Source: Pelomyxa schiedti
Taxonomy: Eukaryota; Protista; Evosea
Direction: 5' to 3'
NCBI GenBank assembly: GCA_020536535.1
Contig: JAHLWZ010000793.1
Coordinates: forward strand, 1-64,000
Length of the DNA stretch: 64,000 bases
Below the pieces are notes generated by a model. That model was not told the origin of the DNA, did not search any database, and was given only the letters and a program-made list of their open reading frames with translations. Shown piece by piece: positions 14,513 to 26,709 of this stretch (position 1 is the first letter of the stretch; each line of letters begins with the position of its first letter). The translations under genes were made by a program, and so were the position numbers.

Positions 14513-17500
14513 TTAGGGTACGTGGTACTGGCCTGGGGTGTCGAATATGAGCTCCTTGGTCTCGTGCGGCACAATGGCGAACCCGCGGAGCCATATGTCT
14601 TCGTGTGGAATGCGGCGGCGGAAGCGCGATTCCGATTCGGGTGATGCGGACAATTCTCGGGCCTGGTCCTCACTGTTTGTGAGTACTAGCTCCCAGCCTT
14701 GGTTTCTGACTTCCAGCCCATCAATAACCACGGTGGCACCCTCGCAAGCGTAGATAGCTAGGGCTCCGTCGAGGATGAGAGACTTGAGCTGTATGCCTTC
14801 GCCTTCAATAATGAGGGATGACCGGTCTGTGATACTAACTGTGGTTACCTGAGTGCAATTGTTAGCTAAGGGTATGCTGTGAGCTATTTAACCTTCTCTT
14901 TCATTTTAGTGAACGTCGGTGCCCAGTTGGTACTCAAAACGATGTTCGGCCATACATCTAGCTCCAAACCCCTGAACGGCAATTTTCTCAGCCCTGTAAT
15001 TTGTGCAGGGGGCGATGACACTAGAGTCCTCCCATCGGCTCCAATGAACTTGGCACCAACGTTCACAAGCGACAGGCAAGTAGCCTGGTATTGTGCCATT
15101 TCGCCGGATGCTGCCGAGGCAGGGGGAACACCTCGGGCAACGAGCTTGACTGCCTCCTCAGGAGAATTCTTTACGGGTGAGAATGCAAGCCACTGTTCCA
15201 TCACAGTGAAGCCAACCGGAGCGCCGTGAGGGAATGCCCGCGCAAAATCTTGCATTATACACTCCAACCTAACAGAGGAAATGAAGTCCGTGCGAGAAGA
15301 GCCCCGGTACTTCGGATTCACGAATTCTACAGTGTGTTGGCGGAAGAAGAATTAATTAGGGGCTACCTGGAACTTCACCCTTTGTGCTTTCCAGAACTTT
15401 GAGATATGGATCAAGTGCGTACACTAGCTGGTTGATGTTTCCAGGATACCAGGAATATCCCGTTGTTGGGTCAGCAAAATCGCCGTAACTGTTTCCTGCT
15501 GCCCGAAGGAGAGGCTCAAGTTGATTATACTCGACACATGCTGTCATACACGCGCCAGTAGCTTTGCACTCAAGTTCACAAATTGCCCCTATTGCCTCCT
15601 TTGCTTTGCGAGGGACACATACTGAGTTGCAATGGAAGTTGTGTACAGAAGATACTCCCAGTGCAGAGGGTACTGCATGGAAAAACAATCCATTTGTGTC
15701 CTGGTGAGATTCATGAGATGTGTATTAGAGAAGAGAAAGGGCTATAGACCTGGAAAAAAAATAGATACTGGAATCCTTGTTGAACAAACTTTTGTAACAA
15801 GCCAGATTGGTACAAGAGGGAGTGAACGTCTCCGTGACCATGTGGTTTAGTCTCGATCATGTATTGTCCATGCTCTGTATTATGGGGTTGTGCCAGGTGT
15901 GCAAAATTGTCAATTACACAGGCTACTCGCTCTTGCTTGAGGAGGAAAATCTTGTCCTGTCTCATGCCAAAGTAATTGTTTTGTTGAAGTAGCTGCACTG
16001 TTCGCGCATGAGTATCATCACTGGTCATGATTACAAGCGGTACATCACTTCCTTCAAACTCGGTACTGGGGAGAAGAGCGCGTGCTGCAGCATTGCTCGC
16101 TCTCTGCAGATGGAGAATTGATGTGATAAACTGTTTCAAGAAGCACGCGCCAGTTGTTGATTCACTTGTTAAAGCAAGTTTTATCCCAGCATATCCGAGC
16201 CTCTCTCCTAGTCCTCCTGCTACTAAAACAAATACACATTTCCTCACAACGGGGATGCCAGCTTCTTCATATCTAATGAACTCAGGATCGCCGTATTTGA
16301 GATTTTTCCCATTTGGTGGCACGTTAGCACTGTAGCCTTCCAATCTGTACAATGTCAGAAACAAGGTAAACGATATTTCCATACGGGTTTGCGCCAATTC
16401 GTGACTGTTCCAATAGTTTCTTTGCATTTGCAATATATTGCTTGAGGCCTTGGGGGTATCCAGTGTCCAAAAGTTTAATTTGCTCAAAGAATTTGTGCTT
16501 TTTATCGTCATTTGTGCCGGGAGGTTCCCAATTGGCAAATAGCTGTGCTTGATCTTCCTTAACGAGCCATTCACATCGGGCTATCTAATCACATTCTCAT
16601 CAAGGATCAAATCTTCTCAAACAAACCTCCTCTGGAGTAAGAATAGACCGGTTAACTTCAAGTGCTGCAGGCCAAGCAATCTCTGTTTTGTACTCAGTGC
16701 AAGTTGTAAATCACAGATGGCATACCATCTTTCCTTTTGAACATGCCCGAAAATGCGTGGCGCTTATCCTGATCCCTCATTTTCTTTGCTATCTCGGTAA
16801 ATTCAGTGTGTATAGCCTTGTCATTTGGGGCAAGCTCTTTAGCTTTGCTGAGAGCTTCATATGCTGCTGAAACCTCGCCAAGGGCAGATTTGGCCTGAGA
16901 GAGACGGAAATACGCCTTGAAAGAAATAAGAAGAGGGCATAGAAGGGCATAGGAAGATGTACTTTAGCATTGTTTGGATCTATAGCAAGAGCTGCCTTAC
17001 ACGATTCGACGACTTTCGGGTAGTGCTTGGATTTGAGTTGACAAGCAGCACAATTGAGTAATAAGGGAAGTTTGCACTCATTCATGTGTGACAGCTCATC
17101 TTCAGAGTAGTCACTCTCGTGAAGACCAGCGAAATATGAAAGGCCTTCAATGTTTTAGTAAAAGGATTGTAGATAGAAAAGTTGAGGTACCGATATTGTA
17201 TGCAGCTAGTGCCTTACGGAAAGCATTTTTGCGGAAATGTTCATTTCCCTGAGTGCGTGCTATGTTGGCTTGTGCAATCCGCTCCTCCAAAGTCTTTTTG
17301 CCTGTGATAATCGGAGCAATGTGTTTTTCCACACTGAGTACTTCAACCTCCCTGTCCTTGGCGTTACACGAGTTATAATAGGCACCACTCATACCAAATT
17401 AGGGAAGACTTGGGCGGAATTCGAGGTGGAGAACCGAGAGCCCCGAAGGCATACTCGTCAGTGCTCCACAACAGAAATTGCTCTCCACTGCGGACCCCAA

Positions 17501-18500
17501 TCATTCCTCCATCCCATGCCGCTATGAAATGTCACGAGGAAAAAAATCACAGGGAGACACGAACCTAAAACATCCCCGTTGCCAATACAGAAGGACAATT
17601 TAGGAGATCGATCTAGAACTCTGCCAGATTGTCCTATACGAGCTTCATAACGTACACATAGTCTGTCATTTGCAGCTACCTCAGTGCCACTAGGGTTTGC
17701 TGTTTTTAGAGTTAAGTAATCAATTTGGTAGGTTTTCCTAGATACCTTTTAGTATGTAACGCGAAACAGCCCCATCTTTGGTCATCGGGGTTCGCACAGA
17801 TATAGGGAACAAGGTAAGAAGGGCAGCATCATTCCTGAAAGAGCAAAATTTATTTTCACCCAAGACAGCTGTCGCGGAGAGATGTTGCATAGGTGTAGGC
17901 CTTGAAGGAGCCATCTCATTTATGTTGACCAACTTTTCTTCGCCATCATTGGTTTGAGAGTCCTGTGGGGGTTGTTCCTGGGCTACAGGTTCAGGCTCCG
18001 GCTCAGGGTGTGTAGCCGCAGTAGTGTTTGTAACTCTGGCATCCTTGTAAAGTAGTTAGCAAGTACAGCAATCACGCAACTTCAATCTCGCACCACGCGT
18101 CCAAAAGAAAGAGAGGAGAAAAATGCAAAAAAAAAAAAACCGGTCACACCTCAGGCAGTAAAGGGGTCACCAAACTCCAGGCTGCCCAAGTACAGTCCGC
18201 CGCCTGCATCTTCCTCGTGATTCTCTCGGGCAGGAAAAGTTCCTCCTCGTTCTCGCCGTTCGCCCCGCCGCCGCTGGCGTCCCCCCCGCCGCTCGCCGCG
18301 CCGCCGCACAACTCCCCCGTGTTGAGATCGTACCACGTCGGATCTGGGCCCTCCCATGCGCTGCCCTCGTTACATTCGGCAGTAGTTGTTGTTACGGCGG
18401 CGGTGGCAGTAGTGGTTGTCGGCGTTGTCGCAGTTGGAGCGGTGGCCGGCAGAGCCTTCGTGTTGTCGTCGGGTCCTTGTGCGCCGATCTCGCTCGTCAT
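14513..18500 (-). CDS. Fusion: FKBP-type PPIase + TPR repeats + UDP-sugar pyrophosphorylase (USP)
   Basis: FKBP motifs (MTKDGAVSRYILK...VLAAWDGGM...EYAFGALGSPPRIPPKSSLIWEVEVL) and TPRs (GNEHFRKNAFRKAL; LLLNCAACQLK...ALAIDPNNAKAYFR). A 43-nt intron at 16683-16725 then leads in frame into a full USP (VLVAGGLGERLGYAGIK, IMTSDDTH, KPHGHGDVH, VEYNQL, YPGNINQL, EFVNPKY, RLECIMQD, FSPVKN). Stop at 14513. Confidence 0.8.
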
Positions 18501-19007
18501 CGTTTATTACAATTTTGTGTGTTCCCACAGAGAGTTTCTTTAAACGTTGCCCATCATTGGTTTTATTTCAAGTTTGTTCAAGTTTTCTTGAGTCTACTCA
18601 ACAGTCTGGGTGTCGCACTTTCCAGCTGCCAATACTGTGCTCTCCGTTCCTCTGGGAGCTGGGTGCAGTTTATGGGATTCTCTCATGGACTTGGGTGGAC
18701 TTGGGGGGAACGGACATCACTGAAATCCTCATTACGAGTTTCGTCTGTAACAATCTTCTTCGCGCTCGCAGGCACTAAAAAGTACTCGGGTGTATCTAAA
18801 AACAGGCTTCTGGTCGGGTTCGCGAAATCCTCTTAGCGTGACTCCCGACAGCCTCCCTCTTCGGGGTAGTCCAGATGGAAGGCTGCCATAAAAGGGTACT
18901 AGATGCGAAATCATTCGCAACCAGTGTACAAAGGCAAGATTAGGCACAACAAATAAAGCCACTGCAACAAACCATAGAACAAACAAACTTAACAAAGTAA
19001 AGCTAAA

Positions 19008-20323
19008 ATGACCGAAACAGAGTCACCGCCAATCAACCAACCGTCGTCCAGCCACGTACGTGTGTACATGAGCAAGGCACTGCTGTGGCCCAGAGAAATA
19101 GCCGAGGTAAGGAATGCGGCCGCAAAATCGTCCGGCAGTTTACACCGGTGCACAGATAACTGTAATGGTTGACCGTGAGTGGAGAATAAGTCGCGGCATT
19201 TCGACGCAGAGCATTTTCTCGTCCATGAAGAGCTCAAAGTGTTGTGAGTTTGACACTCCGCATGGTATTTTTACCCTCACGCGGCATAACACTTCTGACA
19301 TTTACACTAACAGAGGTGTTATGCAAAAAGTGCAGTGGCCCTGGAGGCAAACTTATTGAGGTTTGCGTTAAGGATAGATTTCCTGAAGTGATAGGGGAGG
19401 GCGAAGCTGTTCTCGAGGCATTCCAATTCGTTGTTAAACAGCACTGCACCTCCTCTAAGTACTTATTCAAATCGTTTTTCTCCCTTTTATTATATTGTTC
19501 ATACGTCCTGTTTTCTTACCAACCAATTAGGTCCCATCTGGGTCTCTCGCGGCTAGTCATCTTGATTGATTTCACTGATGGCACTTCCATCTCCACCACA
19601 CCCTTTCGACTTATTGCAAAACCCTACATTCCGAAAACCCCAGGGTAACATTTCCTTTTCCTATTTTTCTCCTATCTTATTTTCAACAGTAATTCTACAT
19701 GCCGGACGGGGTCCCCATCGCCCTCTCCCGAGCAACTCCCTTCCTCCACACCCTCCAGACCTAACACCATTACAACTCACAGCACGGACACTACCACTTC
19801 ACCACGGAATACCCCGGCAAGCACAACCTCATCAAGTGGGAGGATCAAACAACCCAACCGCAAGTGGTGGGAGTTCAGTGGGCACAAAATTCTTCCCTCT
19901 GGAACCTTCCACATCGGTTTTGACAGGGTTCCACCTTCTCAATGTACGTTATGCCCGCATTTTCCCAATTGAATTTTGACCGAACATCCAGCACCCCCAG
20001 TTGTTGTGCGAATACTTGCCTCATTTATGCCCAGCTTCCTACCAGCAATGCTACAATCTGTAAGAATGGAGAAGCTAAGCCTTCCGGGGCTTGCTGTATG
20101 GAAGATCACACCCCTCACATCTCTGTCATCATCTCCTCCATCAGGGGAGATTCCCCCGTCAAAGGTGGGGGGTGAACCCCCCAAATTCTGCACTTCTACA
20201 ACTGTATGGAGACACCTGGGTGATGCTGTGACCGGCATCAAGTTGTTCCAACAGATGTCCAAGGAGAACACATTCATGACTTCCGGTGTGGTTTCCTGTC
20301 TTGCGGTTTTCACAAGTTGGTGA
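19008..20323 (+). CDS. Hypothetical protein with Cys/His-rich N-terminal domain (CC..H, CxxC, CTSSRSHL), S/T/P linker and small C-terminal domain
   Basis: Five consecutive GT-AG introns on the + strand (e.g. gtaagg..cacag, gtaaca..caacag, gtacgt..ccag) keep one frame open from ATG 19008 to TGA 20323. Confidence 0.6.
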
Positions 20324-20381
20324 CTTGTGATGTTGGTTGTGTACAACATGTACTAAAAAGAGAATTTTTGCAACGGTTATG

Positions 20382-21754
20382 TTAGAATCCATCCGCACTT
20401 TCTTCCTCTTCCCCAATTTCCTCCTCGTCATCTTCATCTTCATCTTCATCCTCCTCATCCTCATTTATTAGCTCCCCTGTAAACCATTGCACAGCATGCG
20501 GGCATAGTTGCTCATATATCTCCATACCAATAGCGAAATCGTCTGTCAGAAGGGTGTCGGGTACCTCCTAAAAAATAAGATCAAATAGAATAATTGTGGA
20601 GTGCTCACTTGGTCATCAATAGGAGTAAAGAAATTGAAAAAGGAGTCACAGGGCTTCCATTTATCCTTCCCTCGCCTTCACTCAATAAGTTTAAGTTTGT
20701 TGGGACTTAGGAGGGAGGATCGTTACACTTTCATTTCTGTTACAGCTTTTCCGGCTCTCCAATTTGGCGGGTTGCTGAAAGGGACTTAATTTACAAAAAA
20801 AAGCCGGCAGTAACCAACCATTCAGAGAAGTCAAGTACTTGCTGTCCGTTTTCATCCTCAAACACATAATAATTCTTTGTAAGAGTATCATCAGTGAAGT
20901 ATTCGTTTGGTGAAAACTTGAAAGAAAGGCAGAATCCGGTCTGTAGTGTAGTGAGGGACCGTTGGTGAATGTCCACAGGACGGTACCTTGACAATTTGCT
21001 CCCCATCGATCTCTGTGGTGCTTCGGGGGAGATTTGTGGTTCTCACGTCAACCAAGTGCTCAAGAACAGGTACATCTCTTTCTGTTATTGGCGAGAGTGA
21101 CGCGATAGTTTTGTTGTTGAGCATAGCGGTTAGCCAGAAATTAGGTATGCCTTTCTCAAGGGGGTTGGATGGGGTAAGGAGGCCTGGATCCTCAACAATG
21201 GGACTCCTGAATAATGGGTTTTTTGTAGTCAGTTAACATAAGTTAATAGAGGCCATGTACCTGCCATCAGCGGGATTTAATTCCATTGGACTGGGTTCAT
21301 CCTCTCCTTTTACAATGTCCGCCCTCTAAAAAAGAAGTGAATCAGCAACTGGTCGCGCTTGTGTGTTCAGGGTCACTTGGTCGTACAGAGCCCGGAATCG
21401 ATCCGCGTAGCTGTCCCAGATAGCAGCACATTCATTCCTGAACGCTCTATCCAACTCATGGTGCCGCTTCTAAACAAAGGGAAAAAATAGGTAGGGCAGG
21501 CTTAGGGTCCGTATGCGACACGCATGAGTCATTAATTATATACCAGCATGTTCTTCAGAGCATGAACTCGACGTTGTTGATCGACAGGCATCCGAGAAAT
21601 AAAAGAACTCACCGAGCGGCATTCCTGATCCTCACACTCTTCGGGAGACAATGGTGCACCCACACCTTCGGAAAGAGGTTGAGTTTACGACATCGGAAGG
21701 GCGTTGCGAATTGGTGGGCAATGGTCGATTCATTGGGCTCTACGCACGCTTCAT
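20382..21754 (-). CDS. NAP1: Nucleosome assembly protein (NAP1 family)
   Basis: SFISRMPVDQQRRVHALKN, KGIPNFWLTAM, FKFSPNEYFTDDTLTKNY, DDFAIGMEIYEQLCPHAVQWFTGE, then an acidic tail and TAA at 20382-20384. The start exon is uncertain. Confidence 0.88.
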
Positions 21755-21950
21755 TTTGAGGGTTTCCCGCCAGTGCCAGGCGACCAAAAAAGCCACAACA
21801 CCAAACGACCACTTGCTGAATAAAATAATCAACGGACCGGAACGCTGTCATTTTCGTTATCGTCGCTCAGGATCGGCCTTCTGGTGTATTTTTTATTCCG
21901 CCACTTGGGGAAAAAACGAAACAAACACAAAACAATCCGAAAAAAATCGA

Positions 21951-23736
21951 ATGGACAGCCGAAGTGTTTGTACAGCGGCTAGCAGCGCCGCCACGGGCAC
22001 CACCATCAGCCCCCAAAGCGCCACCGCCACCACCACTACCACACACGCCGCTACTTCGTGGACCCGCGCCCAGCCCACACCAGCCACATCTCCGGACCAA
22101 CAGCAGCCCGCACAGAGGCCCAAGACCCCCGAACAACCCCAGGTAGTTGTGGCGGAAGCCCGCACCCTCAGCGCCACCCACACACCCCCTTCGCCTTCCA
22201 CTCCCACCACTCCCGCAACTGCAACTGCAACCGCAACCGCAACCGCATCCCCCGCCAAAACGGCACCCACGGCGCCCGGAAGCACCAGCACCGCCGCCGC
22301 GGCTACGGGGGAACCTCTGGCGCCGCCGGGGGGTGTTGATTCCAGCGAGGCCGGGGGAGGACCAGCGCGGGGGGTCGTGGCGGCTGTTGGAAGCGCCAGC
22401 GTGAGGGGAATTTGTAACTACCAAGAGGATAGGGTCATCAACACGAAATTGATCCTATCTACTCCTGTAATGGCTCCTTTTTCGTAATAAAGCGATTTAA
22501 ATCCCGGGAAAAAATAATATAAATATCAAAAAATAATATAAATATCTCCATTTATTTACTCTGATGCACACAAAACAAGGGTGGCTCTATTCCAGCCGAC
22601 TTTATTGCAGTGTATGACGGGCACGGCGGCGCGGAAGCGGCCGACTACTGTGTCAAGAGACTACACTTTGTACTAGTACGAAAGCTCACACAGGCTCTCG
22701 GGGGTAAGCCCCCGAGACTTCCAAAGTTCGAAGAAGATGAGGACTGGGAGTACGATGAGGATGAAGATGAGGGAGAGACAGAACCTACAGACCCCGGCAA
22801 GATCACGGAGATGACACATGAGTTGGTCATGAAAGCTTTAACCGACACCTTTGTAGCTGTTGAAATCAAATTCTTGGAGGTAAAGATTCCAAATCAACAC
22901 CGTTTCTCTTATTTCGCTTTCTAATTGCAATTAGAAACTCTATGATTCCGGTTGCACGGCTCTCTGTGTGTTGGTACCTACTAATTACTATGCCACCTAA
23001 GTTTACACTTTTTCCAAGGTTATAAATGGATTTGTATATGTAGCAAATGCAGGAGATTGCAGATGTATTATTGTTTCTCTGAATAGCAGCGGCGCTTCAG
23101 AAGCCTGTGTTGTGAAGCAACTGTCACAGGATCATAAGCCTACTCTACCCGAAGAGAGGAAACGCATTGAGAACGCCGGGAGTTCTATTGAGTATGAAGC
23201 CATCATTGTGGGAGGGAAGAGAGTAAAGCTAGCAAGGATTGATGGCAGGTAAGAAACACACCCAACACAGCAAAAGCTTAACTGCCAATCACAGAATTGC
23301 ATGTTCTCGCAGCATTGGGGATTCAGATTTCAAAGAAACTCCCGGTTCGCCTGATAATACAATGAGCTGCTTTCCCGATATCTCTGTGCACAAGATACAA
23401 TCCAATGTATCCGGAAACATTCCACTCCACTCTCTTACCCATTCCCAGGATAGGTTTCTGTGTTTAGGATGCGATGGGGTATATGACTTTCTTGAAAATG
23501 ATGAGATTGGTGCCTTCATCATGCGTCATCTGCCCCAGTCCCCTCTTTCTGACAAACAGGTTACCAAAAACCAAAAAAAAAAAAAAAAAGCACTACACAG
23601 TAAAACCTCACATCTAATTACCCTAAAACAATACACATCACAGCTGGCAGATGTTGCCCTGCGACTCGTCAACCACATCGTTAATGACCGCGAGGGCACA
23701 GACAACACCTCTGCTGTCATAGTCGCTCTTGAGTGA
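21951..23736 (+). CDS. PP2C/PPM-family Ser/Thr protein phosphatase with low-complexity N-terminus
   Basis: Motifs YQEDR, VYDGHGGAEAADY, SGCTA, VANAGDCR, DHKP...ERKRIE, SRSIGDSDFK, LGCDGVYD, GTDNTSAVIV. Confidence 0.93.
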
Positions 23737-23882
23737 ACATTCAGGTCAATCTCCGCAGATGAAAAAGAAAACAAGGAGGCGTAAATAGTTCGTTCGTTTG
23801 TTTTGATTAACGAAACGAAAGCCAAGCGGTGTGGCTTTCTGTAATCAACCACACAACAACAACAGCAACAGCAACCCACCCA

Positions 23883-26670
23883 ATGCTGCAACAGCCAATT
23901 CCCCAGAGTCCAACACAAAGGAAGCTCTCCCGTGTGCCTGAGGGCTTCCCGCCCGTTCCTGGGCGCAAGGCCCCAGCCATCACACCTGCACCAGCGGCCA
24001 CGTCCTCCTGCACGTGCACGTGCACCGCGTCGTCCTCTACCCCTCCCCCGCCGCCGTCCCCGCTCATGGGCAGCAGCGGGTCGCCGCCCACGCCCCCGCC
24101 GCCCGCGTCGCCCATCTCGCACCCGGTGGTGCTGGCCCGCAACCGCTCCGTGTACGCCCTCGACGGCGCCCTGATCTCGCCTCAGCCCAGGCAGCCGTCC
24201 CCGGTCCCCGCCGCCGCTGTTGCGCCCTCCCCGTCCCCGTCCCCGTCGCCGACTTCGCACCCGTGCAGCCCCCCTCTGCTTCTGTCGCCGCCGCCGACTT
24301 CGGCTGCTCTGCTAGTCCTTGGCTCTTCGCCGTGGTCCCCCTCGTGCTCTTCCTCTTCCTCTTCCTCTTCGTCCTCGTCGGGGGGGAGTTCACCGGTGCA
24401 GGATCCTGTGTTGGTGACCGAGACGGAACCTACTTTGTGTGATGGCTGTGCATCAAGTCGAGATATGAATGGGAGTGGGAATGATAATGGGGGACAGGTG
24501 TTAGTACAGCAGGGGGGAGGTACTGGCTGCGTGAACAATGCCTCTACGAGGCTGGTTTCCTCCAATCCGGAGCCTGGGACTTCTCAATGTGGCGGAGGCA
24601 GTGGTAGAAATGAAGATGAAGAAAAGCAACGCTCATCTTCTGTGTCTGTTCTGGAGATTGGCCACGATACCCTTGATGGAAGCACAACAGAAAGTAGCGC
24701 TGCTACGTCAGTGGTATTATTAGATACAACTGCTGTGGTCGCCTCTAATACTTGTGCTTCCAATTCTTGTTCAATTACACCTACAATACAACAACAACCA
24801 GAGACGCAATCGCAATCGCAACCGCAACCACAACCACAACCACGACTACAACCGCAACCCCAACCTCAACAGCAACTGCCGTCGCAGCAGTACCCAGCAA
24901 GCTTGGATGGAAATGAACAAGGGCTAGATTGTAAATCCAGCAGTGATGATGATGATTCTGCACCGGCAAGTATTGGTGCGATCTCCTTGCCTTATCTCGT
25001 GCTCAACAATTTATTTAGTCGAACCCCCTCCGATAAGGCCGCCAAGCCCCCAGCTGCACCAGTCCAATTTGTTCCTGGATGAGTAGGTACCATTTTTTTT
25101 TGATGAGTTTTGATTCTCCAAATAGTAAAATACGACCCCCGACTGTGAACTTTGGAGGCTCCACTGTTCAATCTCAATTACAGCAAAATTTTGAGATGAT
25201 GAAAACTAAAGGTTTTAGTGTGGAAACTATTATTATCCCCAACTCAGCTTATAGGAACCGGTATGAAGTTTCAACTTGGGTGCTATATTTATCAGGGTCT
25301 TCTTTCAACTTCGACAAGGTATTTATTACAGTAGAAAAATCCACTTATTTGACGGTAAAAGAGCGACCGACTGGGGCGTAAGTCAAGAGTTTTGGTATGG
25401 AAGTTCAAGTCCTATTTGGTAAAAATTAAACTTTTAAGGATTCTGTCTCTTTCAGCTAAGACTGGGAAGATCTTAGTTACCTTCAAAAATCTTCGCGGTA
25501 TCAGACTCCTACTTTTCGTCCAGCTGACTGACTCGCTTAGGGAAAATTATGAACAAGTCTTTCGTCAGTGACGAGGACTTGGTCACTACTGTAGACAGTA
25601 CAAGGTTCTTCTTATTGAAAACTGGTAGTTCCTATGGAATATTGTAACAGTTCGACTTTATTGTGCTCCCAGAACCCATTTTGGGGATTGCTTTCTGCAC
25701 CCGTCAAGAATCCGGCTTATTCTGTATGATCTTCTTTGAGAAAATGCAGAAAGCACTTAACATTAAACGGTTATTAAATTTAAACCGTGTTTCTCCTCCT
25801 GACATTTTCTGCCAGTGTCAAGGACTACATTCCCTTCATAAAGGCATTACATTCTAATTGTAATTCTTCCTGACTAACTTGCATTTGTCCAGAGCCCAAA
25901 ACTCCCAGTCAAACAGAGCCCCCCTGCCGAAAGACCGTCATTGCTTCTACGCGAACAGAGTCAACTTCCACAACACAAAGACCCGCAAACAGGTTCGGTA
26001 AACATTCCCATAAACAATAACCAACACCTACATCAGAAAATTCGGTGCAGCACCCACCCAAAGCTCATCACATAGGCCCACAGGCTACAGTCACCAGGAA
26101 GGAAACCAAAGCACCAACACCAAATAAACTCCATTCATCTGGTGAGGCTGAAATTTCGTTCTCAACAACTAATGCCCTCCTTAGAATCCTGTATTACAAC
26201 TACACCTAGGAACCTCGATTTGTCTCAGTCTCGTACCGCAGGTTTTTTCTTTTACCTGTTACACGTTCTTTGACCCTCACAAAAACTTCTGCAGAGCTGG
26301 ATGCAAAAAAAGCAGCCATTCAAGTGATTCATACAGGTGACCAGTTAAGCTTTACCACCGCAACTAAAGTCCGGTAGCTTTTGAACAAGGAAATGTTGCA
26401 GCAGTTGTAGCTGAAGTTGAAAAAGCTTATGCTGCAGCATCAGTATGGAGAGGAAAGGTAGTTCTCAATTTTAATTTCCTTCCCAACAATACTCACTTCA
26501 CAACTCAGCAACCAACGTGTTTGATTTGCAATATGAGGCCGGTTACAAATGTGGCACTGATTCCATGTGGACATGCAAAATTTTGTGCTCAATGTCTGCA
26601 AACAGGGCAACCGGCTCTTTGCCCTGTTTGTTCCAAGCCGGTACAGAGTTTACTGACCTACTACAGCTGA
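23883..26670 (+). CDS. Large low-complexity protein with a possible PH-fold (WH1/EVH1-like) domain and a C-terminal C3HC4 RING
   Basis: C-terminal CLICNMRPVTNVALIPCGHAKFCAQC...CPVCSKPV (IAP/MDM2-type RING) with TGA at 26668-26670. The middle exons include LGIAFCTRQESGLF, similar to the last strand and helix of WH1/PH folds (weak). The first exon is P/S/Q-rich. Confidence 0.6.
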
Positions 26671-26709
26671 GTTGGGGGAGGAGTTTTGTGTACCACTAGT
26701 ACCTTTTAT

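Noticed and set aside
18732-20349. Minus-strand ORFs (19939..20349, 18989..19237, 18732..18995) as a membrane protein gene
   Set aside because: The splice signals in this interval are on the + strand and keep one + frame open from 19008 to 20323; the minus ORFs show no coherent splicing.
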